A stretch of DNA of 64,000 nt. Origin: Malacoraja senta (lineage: Eukaryota). A model generated the notes under the pieces. It had not been told where the DNA came from and made no database searches. It saw nothing but the letters and a program-made list of their open reading frames with translations. Of this stretch, positions 1-12,659 are shown one piece after another (within the stretch, counting starts at the first letter, position 1; each line of letters begins with the position of its first letter). The stretch is from NCBI GenBank assembly GCA_038087875.1, contig CM075995.1, positions 62,001 through 126,000 of the forward strand. The letters run 5' to 3'. The position numbers and the translations under genes are program-made.

Positions 1-150
1 AGGCTGGTGGGGTGAAAGGCGAAGACTAGGAACGCTATCCTTGTTGCTTCTTGGGGGGGTGAGAGGAGTGCGAGCACAACTACGAGACACACGTATGAGG
101 GCCTTATCTATGACAGAAGTGGAGAACCCACATTTCCTGAAGAATGAGGA
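1..150 (-). mobile_element. Penelope-like element fragment
   Basis: Minus strand reads FFRKCGFSTSVIDKALIRVSRS...PPRSNKDSVP, homologous to the Penelope segment at about 50560-50680. Confidence 0.65.
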
Positions 151-259
151 CACACTTCTTTCCCCCTTCCTCCCCCCTCTTTCCTGTCTTGTTCTTGGTC
201 CTCCAAAATATTCCAAATGGAATTTAAACTGGAGGTGGTGGAGGGAGGACTTAAGCCAG

Positions 260-490
260 AAAGGGTTTTTGGGAAGAAAGAGCTACCTTAAATTTAGTTG
301 CATCTGGTTGGGTAACTATAGTAGGGTGGAGATTATTCCATGCTTTAATTGTGCGGGGGAAGAATGAATTGCTGTACACATCTGTCTTGGTAGCTGGAAT
401 CATAAATTGGATCGAATGCCCTCGTCTGCTCCTAATTGGTTTGGGTTTGGTGTAGGTCTTGTAATCTATGTCGAGCTGACCATTTAACAA
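260..490 (-). mobile_element. LINE (CR1/L2-group) ORF2 C-terminal fragment
   Basis: KTDVYSNSFFPRTIKAWNNL motif in ORF 251-655. Confidence 0.7.
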
Positions 491-1260
491 CAAATTCCCA
501 CCTGATTTGCACCCATTTCTCCCTTTCCCCCTCCCGTCCCTTTGGCAGAGAATCCGGAAGGTTTTTAAGGGTTCCTGTGCCTTTTTTTTTCCATTTATGT
601 TCTGAATTTTAATGTGAAGAGAATTTAATGACATGCTGAATGCATCGGTATACATCTACAGTTTTACACAATTTAAGGATATTTCACCCAATGAATTTAG
701 TGGGGTATGCACTATTTCTGGAGGACATGGATTAAAAAATGTTTTGGATTGGGACCCTTCATGGAATGTCACCTATCCATGTCGTCTGAAAAACAGTCCC
801 AACCAGAAACGTCACCCACCCAGGTCTTGGCTAGTCCTCCAGAGAGGCTGGCCTGATGTGCTGAGTTACTCCAGCACTTTGTCTTTTTTTGTAAATCTGA
901 AGTTCCTTGTGTCTACACCAATGAATCCTGGTTGCTAGAGTTTAAGGCGTTGCATTTCAGTTCTGCATATCTTTAAAATAAATAATTTATTGTGGTATAT
1001 TGCTCAAAATGCTGGGATTTAGATAATGCCCATAAGAAAATTGTTACACAAACTAGAATGCTAGACCAAATACTAGTTAAGTGAATTTAGATATTTTCAT
1101 TTGCTTGATATATAGAATTGATACTATATCAAATACATCTGAATTATTATTATTAATATTATTTGAATAAGCTATTTTGGAACAAAATTAAATCGAATTC
1201 ACGAATTTGCTTAATGGTTCAACTAAACTTTAAGATTGCAGGAATGATTTGTTTACTGAT

Positions 1261-1393
1261 CTGAAGAAGGGTCTCGACCCGAAACGTCACCTACTCGTCT
1301 GTCTGAAGAAGAGTCTCGACCCGAAACGTCCTATTCCTTTTCTCCATAAGGTGCTGCCTCACCCGCTGAGTTTCTCCAGCATTTTTTGTCTAC
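1261..1393 (+). mobile_element. Penelope terminal-repeat fragment with two tandem hammerhead-like cores
   Basis: CTGAAGAAG[G/A]GTCTCGACCCGAAACGTC at 1261 and 1303, then the family-shared gctgcctcacccgctgagtttctccagc. Confidence 0.7.
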
Positions 1394-1949
1394 ATTTGTT
1401 TGCTGAAGACCTTTAACACTGCTACAGTTCAAGGGCAATTTTATGTGCTATGATGGGAGTATAGTAACATGGTTGATTGATTCTAGACTAAATACATGAA
1501 TGGTAGTATGTACATCTCAATCTTCATATGCCTAGAAAATGAAAGATAGCCTGATTTTAATTGTTAACCTCATTGTCTGGTTAACAAACATCACAAGTGA
1601 AAGGTTTTGTACGCTGAATCAAACTAATTTTACTTTATAGTTGATAGCAAGTTAAAATTATTTGGAATGTAGCAATTACGTGGGAGAACATTTTAAGTAA
1701 CTATAACAAAACTGGTAGCTGATTTCCATTTTTTTTTGGTATTAACTTTTTAATGTCCAGAGGCAACCAAATTGGTATTTCTTAAGCACATGGAGTTTGT
1801 CTATCTTGATGATAATAAAGCACAAGGAAGCATAAAAATGGGCAAGCTGATTTATTTAATAACTTCCATGAATAACTAGAAATTTCAACTGGAAATGTGC
1901 AAATACATTGAAAGAAACAAAGCAGCAATCCTGTGCTAAAACTACTTAC

Positions 1950-2102
1950 CTCGCCTGCGAAAAAAACTTTTCCTTGTATATCTTCAGCAATTATATCATA
2001 GGCTTCACCACTCCCCCCTGCCTTTATAAAGCTGTAAGCCATCTGTGTCCAAGGGTCCTTGTTCCACTGTGTGACAAAGTATCTAACCGGATCTGGAACC
2101 TC
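1950..2102 (-). CDS. KDM1B: KDM1B penultimate coding exon, EVPDPVRYFVTQWNKDPWTQMAYSFIKAGGSGEAYDIIAEDIQGKVFFAGE
   Basis: Amine-oxidase C-terminal W..DP...AYS and FFAGE motifs; 153 nt; GTAAGT donor; final exon not found in window. Confidence 0.97.
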
Positions 2103-2304
2103 CTGTGAGGCAGGTAAAAAGTACAATTAATATTTGGACATTCTAATATACAGTAGCCAGCCATTGGGCCCATGTAGGCTCCCTTGGGAACAATTGGAGT
2201 TGTTCCCTGTACACAGTTCCTTTTACATATGCCCATTCACTTCCCTTTGATTCAGTTTACCATTAACCTGCAAGGGATCATTTAGGTTAGCCAATCAACC
2301 TACT

Positions 2305-4250
2305 AGTCATACAGCGTATACAGCACGGAAACAGGCCCCTTCGGCGCAGCATGCCCACACCAACATGTCCCATCTACACTAATCCCACCTGCCTGTATTT
2401 GGCCCATATCCCTCCAAACCTATCCTATCCATGTACCTGTCCAAATGTTTTTTACACGCTGCAATGGTCCCTGCCTCAACTACCTCCTCGGGCAGCTTCT
2501 TTCATACACCCACCATCCTTTGTGTGAAAAAGTTACCCCTCAGATTCCTATTAAATCTTTTCACCTTAAACCTATGTCCTCTGGTTCATCTATCCAATCT
2601 ATTCTCTCATGATTTTGTACACCTCTTTAAGATCACCCATCATCCTGCGCTCCAAGGAAATAGAGTCCAAGCTTGCTCAACCTCACCCTATAGCTCAATA
2701 GACAATAGGTGCAGGAGTAGGCCCTTCGAGCCAGCACCGCCATTTAATGTGATCATGCCTGATCATCCCCATCAGTACCCCGTTCCTGCCTTCTCCCCAT
2801 ATCCCCTGACTTCGCTATCATTAAAGAGCCCAATCTAGCTCTATCTTGAAAGTATCCAGAGAACCGGCCTCCACCGCACTCTGAGGCAGAGAATTCCACA
2901 AACTCACAACTCTCTGTGTGAAAAAGTGTTTCCTCATCTCTGTTGTAAATGGCTTACCCCTTATTCTTAAACTGTGGCCCCTGGTTCTGGACTCCCCCAA
3001 CATCGGGAACATGTTTCCTGCCTCTAGCGTGCCAAAACCCTTAATAATCTTATATCTTTCAATAGATATAAGATTATACCTCTCATCCTTCTGAATTCCA
3101 GAGTATACAAACCCAGTTGCTCCATCTCAGCATATGACAGTCCCGCCATCCCTCAATAGCAAGAATGTCCTTCCTCAAATTAGGGGACCAAAACTGCATA
3201 CAACACTCCAGGTGTGGTCTCACTAGGGCCCTGTACAAGTGCAGAAGGACCTCTTTGCTCCTATACTCAACTCCTCTTGTTATGAAGGCCAACATGCCAT
3301 TCGCTTTCCTGTTTCTGCGACCAAAGTGGATAACCTCACATTTATCCACATTAAACCGCATCTGCCATGCATCTGCCCACTCACCCAACCTGTCCAAGTC
3401 ACCCTGCATTCTCATAGCATCCTCCTCACAGTTCACAGTGCCACCCAGCTTTGTGTCATCCAGCTTTGTGTCATCTGCAAATTAGCTAATCCCTTCATCT
3501 AAATCATTGATGTATATTGTAAATGGCTGCGGTCCCAGCACCGAGCCTTGTGATACCCCACTAGTCACTACCTGCCATTCTGAAAGGGACCCGTTAATCC
3601 CTAATGTATAAGAAGGAACTGCAGATGCTGGAAAATCGAAGGTAGACAAAAATGCTGGAGAAACGCAACGGGTGAGGCAGCATCTATGGAGCGAAGGAAA
3701 TAGGCGACCTTTCGGGTCGAAACCCTTCTTCAGTCTGAAGAAGGGTTTCGACCCGAAACGTTGCCTATTTCCTTCGCTCCATAGATGCTGCCTCGCCCGC
3801 TGAGTTTCTCCAGCATTTTTGTCCATCGTTAATTCCTACTCTGTTTCCTGTCTACCAACCAATTTTCTATCCATGTCAGCACTCTACCCCCAATACCATG
3901 TGTCCTAATTTTGCCCACTAATCTCCTATGTTGGACCTTATCAAATGCTTTCTGAAAGTTCAGGTACACTACATCCACTGGCTCTCCCTTGTCCATTTAC
4001 CTAGTTACATTTTCAAAAAATTCCAGAAGATTAGTCAAGCATGATTTCCCCTTCGTAAATCTATGCTGACTCGGACCGATCCTGCTACTGCTATCCAAAT
4101 GAGCTGCTATTTCATCTTTTATGATTGACTCCAGCATCTTCCCCACCACCGATGTCAGGCTAACTGGTCTATAATTCCGTTTTCTCTATCCCGCCTTTCT
4201 TAAAAAGGTCAGACCCTCGGGTCCTGCAACATCCTCGTAAATCTTCTCTG
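2305..4250 (-). mobile_element. Nested CR1 LINE fragments (a younger CR1 at about 2696-4206 inside an older CR1 3' end)
   Basis: ORFs with CR1 RT C-terminal motifs ([56 protein letters not shown]). Confidence 0.9.
3604..3826. mobile_element. Inverted pair of Penelope terminal repeats inserted in CR1
   Basis: 89-bp arms 3645-3733 and 3735-3823 (5 mismatches); TSD-like cgttaatcccta 3592-3603 / cgttaattccta 3827-3838. Confidence 0.8.
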
Positions 4251-4739
4251 TGCGAGCAAATCTTTTGAATATGGGAAGAAAATGGCACACTGATGGTCTG
4301 GATCTAACCTATTCTCCCAAGTCCCTGGAACTAAGCAACAGAAACCAACTCCTCTACCACCAATTCATTTTACATTGATGTGTCAACAAAAAAAAATCAG
4401 AAAGGAGCCACCCATGAAATGCAAAATTTGTTGTTCATGTTGGGATGCAAATGAGAGTTGAATTTCAAAAGGACATTAGCCTAATTTTAAATACTTTTGT
4501 GGACCAAATTCTGACGGACCACTTCCATATTTTGGACAGATAGTAGTATGATTGGTATAACTAAATATGCAGCACCTAGAATTTCAGCACAACACCTGAG
4601 CACTCCCACAACATTTAATTTATACTATATTACCCAATAAACTCCAAAATAATTTGTGCTTTTAATGTAGGACATTTTAATTAGATTTTGATGTACAGAG
4701 GGGTCTTGGGGGCCCTGAAAATAGCAACACAAGGGGATA

Positions 4740-6790
4740 GAGTGGAAAAGAAGGGATATGGTATGCTTGCCTTCATTGTTTGGGGGCATTGAGTATGAGA
4801 GTAAGGAAGTCACGTTACTGCTTTATAGGGCCTTGGTTAGGTCGCACTTGGGTGCAGTTCTGGTCGTCCCATTACAATGGAGGATGTTGAGGGTACAGAA
4901 GGGGTTTATCAGAATGCTGCCCTGATTAGTGTATATTAGCTATAAGGAGAGATTGGATTAACTTGGACTGTTCTCTTAATATTTCTTAGAGTTACCTCAG
5001 ACCCCCGGAGAAGAAAATTCCAGAGATTTTGCACTCACACTGAAGAAATGTTTTCTTTTTGGCCCTACCTCTTATTCAGACTATGATTCCTTCATGCTTG
5101 CCACATCTCACCTTTGACTCTTCTAACATTTCAATGAGATCATCTTTCATTCTTCTAAAGAAGAGTCCTAGCCAACTCAATTTCTCCTCACAGCAAGACT
5201 CAAAGAGTGTTTAATTGCCATATGCTTGAGGAACAGGACAATTAGTATTTGTTGCAGCTTTACGGCCCCATATGATAAATCTGTGATCAGTCTATCATCT
5301 GTGATCAGTCTAACGTCTGTGGTTGGAAAGTTACTAGAGAATATTCTGAAGGATAAAATATACATGCATTTAGATGGCCAGGAGCTGATTAGGGGTAGTC
5401 AGCATGATTTATACATGGGAAATCATGTCTCACAAATCTTGTTGAGTTTATTGAATATGTGACCAGAAAGCTTGATAGGGCAGAGCTGTAGACCTTGTAT
5501 ATATGGATTTCAGCAAGGCATTTGACAAGATTCCGCATGGTAGTCTGCTCTGCAAAGTTAGATTACATGGACACCTAGCTGACTGGATATAAAATCGGCT
5601 TCATGGAAGGGTGCAGATGGTGATGGTGGAAGGTTGCTTTTCGGATTGGAGGCTTGTGACTCGTGGTGTGCCTCAGAGTTCGGCGCTGGGTCCATTGCTG
5701 TTTGTCATCCATATCAATGATTTGGATGAGAACGTACAAGGCAGTTTGCAGATGACACTTAAGTGGGTGGTATTGTAATCAGCAAAAAAATGTCAAATAT
5801 TGCAGCAGGATTGTGAGCGGTTGGCCAGATGGGCTAAAGAATGGTTGATGGAATAAAATGCAGGAAATACAGGAATACTGCAGGAAAAATGTTCCCAATG
5901 TTGGGCGAGTCCAGAACCAGGGGCCACAGTCTTAGAATAAAGGTGGGGGGGGGGGGTCATTTAAGACTGAGGTGAGAAAAAACTTTTCCACCCAGAGAGT
6001 TGTGAATTTATGGAATTCCCTGCCACAGAGGGCAGTGGAGGCCAAGTCACTGGATGGATTTGAGAGTTAGATAGAGCTCTAGGGGCTAGTGGAGTCAAGG
6101 GATATGGGGAGAAGGCAGGCACGGGTTATTGATAGGGGACGATCAGCCATGATCACAATGACTGGCGGTGCTGGCTCGAAGGGCCGAATGGCCTCCTCCT
6201 GCACCTATTTTCTATGTTTCTATGTTCTATGTTTCTATAAGGGCGACGTGTTGCATTTTGGGAAATCTACCCAGGGCAGTACCTGCACAGTGAACAGCAG
6301 GGCTCTGGGGAGTGTTGTACAGCAGAGAGATCTAGCAGTGCAGGTATATAGTTCCTTGAAAGTGGCGTCACAAGTAGATATAGGGTGGTCAAGAATTAGC
6401 CACATTAGCTTTCATCACTCAGGGTATTGAGTATAGTTGGGAGGTTATGTTACAGTTGGTCAAGACATTGGTGAGGCCACATTTAGATTATTGTGTTCAG
6501 TTTTAGTCACCATGTTATAGGAAAGATGTTGTTAAGCTGAAAAGGGTGCAGCGAAGATTTACAAGGATGTTGCCAGGACTCGAGAGCCTGAGCTGTAAGA
6601 AGAGGTTGAGCAGGCCAGGACTTTCCTTGGAGCACAGGAGAATAAGGGGCGATCCCATTAGAGGTGCACAAGATCAGGAGAGGAATAGATTGGGTAAATG
6701 CACAGAGTGTTTTACCCAGAGTAGGGGAATCAAGAACCAGAGGATCGGGGTTAAAGGTGAGGTGGGGGGGGGGAAAGATTCAATAGAACT
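4740..6790 (+). mobile_element. Cluster of CR1 fragments including a nested young 3' end (about 5878-6237)
   Basis: SLTSVVGKLLE.ILKD.I..HL and QRRFTRMLPGLE motifs; 3' tail ...cctcctgcacctatttt(ctatgttt)n. Confidence 0.85.
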
Positions 6791-7883
6791 GCGTTCTGTT
6801 ACAGTCGACTGCTGAATTCGACTGTGGGAACAGATCTACCGGCTCCACTTGGGTGGGAGCTCCAGAGCCCTGGCCACAGGCTGCAACTTCCACCCCACTG
6901 ATCGGCCGCGGATGTTGGCTATGGGAACGGATCCGATGGTTCCGGCAGGGTCAGAGTTCCAGAGCCCTGGCCACAGGCTGCAGATTCGACCCGTTGATCG
7001 GCACAGAAGTCCCGATGAGGTTGATTGGCCGCCTCACCCAGCCTAGTCGTTATATTTTATGGGGGAATTCCAAGGGGGGGGGATGGGAGGGGGGGGGGGG
7101 GGGTTTGTCAGGATTAAAGGAGGGGCCGGACCACCAGTTTCCAGTAAATCAGTGGTGAACCTATACTCCTGGTGTGGTTACATCAAAGCCTGACATATTT
7201 GCAGGACATTTTTATTAATATACTCAAATTCTCTGGCATTAAAGACCAATAAGCCATTTAGTCACCTAACTGCCTATTGCACCTGCATGTTAACATCAAT
7301 GACACACATGGCAGGACACCTTGACCTCTTGGAATCACATTTCCCAGTCTCTCACTTTTCCTTCTTCGGGAGTGAATAACCTCACATTTTACCCGACTGT
7401 ACTCTGAGTGCCACGTTGCTGCCGACTCACTCATTTCATCTCTATCCATTTGAAGTATCCTCCTCACTACATACAAAACTAAGTACAAATTTGGAAATAA
7501 TACATTTTGACCATTCAACCAAACCACTGTTATTGATTGTGAATGGTTATGGCCCTAGCACCAATCCTTACGTAATTGCAAGTCACACCCCACAAATCTA
7601 AGGGGGACTCAACATTTTCCACAGTTTGTTCTCTATCTGTTAACTAATTATTAACTGTCAGTCATCATCTCGGCCTCGATTGTACACAAAATTTAGCATA
7701 TCCTAACAATATGGAAGGCTCTCAGCAGCGATCCTCATATCCATCAAATACTACTACTCTGGGGGAAAAGTGCAACATCCCCAATAAATGCAGGAAGACA
7801 TTGACCTGTTGATGTCTCTACTGTGTGAGCATGTGGAGGCTAGGTGCAAACAGCAGAAGGAGCAGACAATGCCCCCTCACAAA

Positions 7884-8175
7884 GGGCAACACGGTGGCAC
7901 AGCGGTAGAGTTGCTCCCTGACAGTGCCAGAGATCGGGTTCCATTCTGATTATGAGTTGTTTGTATGTTCTTCCCGTGACCGCGTGGGGTTTCCCCAGGT
8001 GCTCCGGTTTCCTCCCACACTCCAAAGATGTACAGGTTTGTCGGTTAATTGGCTTCGGTAAAAATTGCAAATATGTCCCTAGTGTGTAGTGTGTGCTAGT
8101 GTAACGGGAATAGTTGGTCGGCGCGGACTCAGTGGGCCGAAGGGCCTGTTTCCGCCCTGTATCTCTAAACTAAAC
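7884..8175 (+). mobile_element. tRNA-derived V-SINE (HE1-like)
   Basis: A box tggcacagcggtag, V-domain ccgtgaccgcgtgg...ccggtttcctcccacactccaaag, CR1-like tail gggccgaagggcctgtttcc...(taaac)n. Confidence 0.85.
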
Positions 8176-8274
8176 TTGTTGAGCAAACCCACCCCACCTG
8201 TGCCAGGAACTGCATAGTCAATGTCACTCAGAACCAACCAAAATTAAAATAGAAGCAAATTATCTTTGACTGAT

Positions 8275-8548
8275 GTTTAGTTTAGAGATTCAGCACGGAA
8301 ACAGGCCCTTCAGCCCACCGAGTCCGCACCGACCAGTGAAACACTAGGGACAATTTGCAGCCATACCAAACCAATTAACCTACAAACCTGTACGTCCTTG
8401 GAGTGTGGGAGGAAACCGAAGATCTCGGAGAAAACCCACGCGGTCTCGGGGAGAACGTACAACTCCGTAGTCAGGATTGAACCTGGGTCTCCGGTGCTGC
8501 AAGCGCTGTAAGGCAGCAACTCTACCACTGCGCCACTGTGACCGCCCT
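8275..8548 (-). mobile_element. V-SINE (HE1-like), inverted relative to the copy at 7884
   Basis: Same head, V-domain and tail on the minus strand. Confidence 0.85.
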
Positions 8549-8787
8549 AAAATTAAAAAAAGGTACTGACTGCAGTGAAAAAAGAATCCAAATGTAATAT
8601 GTTTAACCCAAAGCATATAACATCAATGTTGTAATATTGCCTTTCTGTTATTCTAGCGAGCTGAGCACCTTTGTTATTGTGATAATCACTTAATGAATGT
8701 ACCAGGTTTTGGTGGTGGTGAAGAAAGGTCAGAATATTGTAATGAGAAGACAAGTAGGGAATTGCCTACCTGCTTTATGCATTACAC

Positions 8788-9285
8788 CAGGCGTCGGCAA
8801 CCTACGGCCCCCGGGCCGAATGCGGCCCGTAACCCGAAATCATCCGGCCCGCAGGCGTATTTTTTTCTCCATAATCATCCGGCCCGCCGAGCGCCCCGAG
8901 CAGCAGGCGGGCGTCCCGAGCAGCAGCGCCCTGAACAACAGCGCCCCGAGCAGCGGCCGAGCTCTGGCTGTACCACATCCTGCGCAAAGCCGCCGGCACA
9001 GCCGCGCACCTTCTGTGAACATGTTTAAGAACGAACTGCAGATGCTGGAAAAATCGAAGGTAGACAAAAATGCTGGAGAAACTCAGCGGGTGAAACATGC
9101 AAGAATTGCATTAGGCTGCCTCACCCGCTGAGTTTCTCCAGCATTTTTGTCCACCTTCTGTGAACACGTGATTTGATGCCTGCCATCCGGGACGGGATCC
9201 AATTGTACACGTGATAGATGTGGCCCGCCATCCGCTCACAGACATGCTTCCCGGCCCCTATGCAGAACAAGGTTGCCGACCCCTG
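8788..9285. mobile_element. hAT (Charlie-like) MITE containing a Penelope-repeat insertion
   Basis: TIR CAGG[C/G]GTCGGCAACCT (15/16); 8-bp TSD cattacac at 8780-8787 and 9286-9293. Confidence 0.9.
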
Positions 9286-9400
9286 CATTACACCAAGCAT
9301 TAACAATATACCCTGAAATAATCGATATTGTTCATTGGTATGTTCCAGTGAATGTTTGTGGGTTTTTTTAAACAATAGGGTTGAAATTTGCATTCCTCAC

Positions 9401-9523
9401 CTGTTCCTTAAAAAGTTCTTTGAGGACCTTCATACATAGTTCAATCACTTGTTGCTCTTGCATATCCCGTATTACAGCCACTGCATCTCCACTAATCACA
9501 GACATCAGGACACAATGTTTGCC
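9401..9523 (-). CDS. KDM1B: KDM1B exon, GKHCVLMSVISGDAVAVIRDMQEQQVIELCMKVLKELFKEQ
   Basis: Matches LSD2; tttcag acceptor, GTGAGG donor; 123 nt. Confidence 0.96.
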
Positions 9524-10250
9524 CTGAAAACATTTAATAGAAATAAATACAGTAAATAATTCACTGAATGCTAACAAAGGGAACTTTCAAAAGAATGGAT
9601 ACTTGAGGAACAGAAGAATTCAGACAGCACTGAAAATGTATTCCATTTTTACAGCCTAATTTACAGTATACCCTCTTATGAACCCTACAGAACCAAGTAT
9701 ACATGTATGAATGCATTTAAGTATTTTCAGGCCTGTAAGAGTTAAAAGCAAGGGAAGTTCCCCTGCTGAATTTGTAGAAACTATTTTTTTGAACGGATAC
9801 AAAACAATGAGGGGGTACCTCAACATGTTTTTGCATCTAGTGTAAATACAAGTTCCTGAAGACCACACTTCTCTAAACGCTTGTTGAGCAACGATGCTGA
9901 TCCTCATCAAATGCCTTGACTGTGGTTTGCACTGTCCAGAAATCAAGGTAGAATTTCTCTACCATGTGCTATCCAGGCTGCAATATCCCACAACTGGAAA
10001 TATAGAAGACTTTACCTGCTAGAATATAGAAGGGACAGTGACCCGTGAAATAAGTTATCTGGAGAACTTGGAGGATGTTTCCAGCTCCAACGTTGACAAT
10101 CGGTAGGAAGAGGCTAGAGTGAAATGTAAACAGTCACCTCTTCAGTGCCCCATTGAGAGATGCAGCACAGAAAGGGCCTTCTGCCTAAATCTGGGCCAAC
10201 TATCATTATACTAAACCTCTTAGTTCATTTTATTCTTCCCACATTCCTAC

Positions 10251-11043
10251 CAAAGATCCTATAGCAAAGAAGATAGTGCACTCCTGCTAAAACCAATGGG
10301 CTGACGTGTAGTACGCAACGGTGCGGAATGTCAGCCTTTTAGTCGGCCATTTCAGTAAAACCGACCCGACTTTGTAAATCCTTCTCGCAGTGTAATCAGC
10401 GTTGCGGGGGGACAGTTTGTGTGTGTGATATAGTGTTAGATTCATGATTCATAATTCTGTTACTTTTTGTTAATAAATTATAATTCTGTTAGTTTTCTTT
10501 TTTAATGTTTTGGATTCAAAGCCCCGGGATTGGGATCGGACTGTGCAAGGGTGGAGGGGGCACTGAGGGCAAAGAGGCTGTGCCCACACGGCAGTGTAAA
10601 AGTGGAGACCTTTCCAATCCACGCTTCCCTCTTTCCGTCTCCGCTGTGCTTTTTCAAAATTGGTTGTTTATTTTTTCCACAAAAAGAGTTTGGGAGCCGG
10701 GCAGCTAGCGTGATGGGGAAGAAACCAAAGGGCCGTCTGTTCTCAGCTTCGGATCTCATGCCCGCCCTCTCCCCCCCCCCCCCATCAGTGAGTCTCTTTA
10801 ACGGGGCAGAGAGGCAGAGAGAAAATGAGAACATTTTTACCAAAGATCTTTGATTTTTACGATGATGTTTCCGTAAACGGCTTCCGTCTCCGTACTAGTA
10901 TCTTTGCTTAGCTGTGGCGGACAAAGATGGCGGAGACGGAAGCCAGTAAAGGAATTGGGGTCGAAGATTACCCATGAACCTGCCCATGACCGTACTACGT
11001 CTTTCTCGTCGAGTGCACTATCTTGCTCGCTATAGGATCTTTG
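10251..11043. mobile_element. Non-autonomous DNA transposon (hAT or P superfamily)
   Basis: 33-bp imperfect TIR CAAAGATCCTATAGC...AAGATAGTGCACTC; 8-bp TSD attcctac at 10243-10250 and 11044-11051; splits a decayed SINE. Confidence 0.85.
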
Positions 11044-11725
11044 ATTCCTACCAAGTTCCCCACTGATCCACATAGATAGGGCAATTTATAGTGGCCAATT
11101 AACCCATTAAACCACATGTTTTTGGGAAACCAGAGCACCTGGAGGAAACTCACAAAATCACACAGAAGAATGTGCAAACTCCGCACCAAAGGTCAGGAAT
11201 CTAACTTTAGCTCCTGGAACTGTGAGGCAGCAGCTTTACCTGCTATACCAATATTGGTGCTGAAAATTCTTTGTTATAAATATGTTAATCACTTAGTGGT
11301 AAAAATCAAGGGTAGATGTGGCAATCAATTATATCATACAGCAATCAAATCACAAAATAATAGCATTAATGGTTATATTTTGTTATGACTGTCACAATTA
11401 TTAATTTTCATACTTGACAATAATGCAAAAAAGGAACATCATCCTTCCATATGCCAAAATTAGTGTAAACAATAATTTCCTGTGCACACAAGCTGTTACA
11501 CTTTCATTACCAATTCATAATTCATGCATTAGATAAAAACCACTATCAATTCAGTCCACTGACAATATTATGATGCTACGCAATCAATATTATAATTTCT
11601 ACAATATTACCTTGCCCACTAATTACGTGTGATAGGTCTTCACATTTGCTTAAAAATAAGGAAAGGTTTTTCATCCAAAAGGTTACAACTTATGCTTGGT
11701 TGTGGTGGTCAGTGTGGTGGTCGGT

Positions 11726-12526
11726 GGGGGCGCTGCGAGTCGGCTGCCCTGCCAGCAGCGTGTTCGTTATTTCAACTTTTTTTGTGTTTTTTTAGTGTGT
11801 CCCTCTCGGTGTGTCTTGTGTAGGGGTTGGTGTGGGGGGGGGAGGGGGAAACCACTTTCGGTCGTCTCCTCGACGGAGAGGCGACTTTTTCCATGTCGCC
11901 TCCCTCGCAGCCCAACAGCTTGGATTGGAGTGGCCTTTCCCGGAGTCGGAACCAGAGCTATAGCAGCGGGCGCAGTGTGGACATTTTCCATCGCGGAGCG
12001 GGCGAACCCTTGCGGGGGGGTTGCCAGAAAGGAGTGCTCCGATCGCTGGCCTGGTGACTTTGGTACCATGGGGCTGTGGTCTACGGAGCTTCTAGCCGCG
12101 GGTGTGGCATGGACTTACCATCTGTAATCCCTTGCCGGGGATCGCCGGAGAAGAGCTCCGACCGCCGGCCTGCGGACTATAACATCCTGAAGCCGCGGTC
12201 TCCGGTAAGAAAGTGCCGATTCGGGCACTCCAAGCCCACATCGGTGTGTTCGACCATCCCGACATCGGAATTTGGATCATCCCGACGACAGGGCCTGTAC
12301 ATCGGGCCGTCCATAGCGGCAGCTAAGGAGGGTTCATGGCCCTGACAACGGGTGAACAAAGGAGGAGGACTGGCTGAACTTTGTTGCCTTCCACCACAGT
12401 GAAGAATGCTGTGGTGGATGTTTGTGTTAAATCTTATTGTGTATTGTGTGTTCTTTCTAAGTGTATCGCTGCTGGCAAATTCATTTCACTGCACCTTCGG
12501 ATGGATCGACGAATAAAATTGACTTT
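11726..12526 (+). mobile_element. CpG-rich non-autonomous retroelement family, copy 1
   Basis: Closely similar to 42002-42781; ends gacgaataaaattgacttt. Confidence 0.75.
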
Positions 12527-12659
12527 CTTTGTTCTCCTTCCCTTATTATTTGCATTATAAACGCTGTGTTTTCATTTCTATTTTGTTATATGTTCGTTTA
12601 AGCGATTAGCCAATACATTATACACAGTTCATAATTAAAAGCAAGACTCATTCACTCAC

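Noticed and set aside
1..1949. Search for the final KDM1B exon (ATNRHFPQTVTGAYLSG...)
   Set aside because: No matching translation found; presumed to lie outside the window
7884..7960. tRNA-like A/B boxes
   Set aside because: These are SINE heads followed by a V-domain and LINE tail, not tRNA genes
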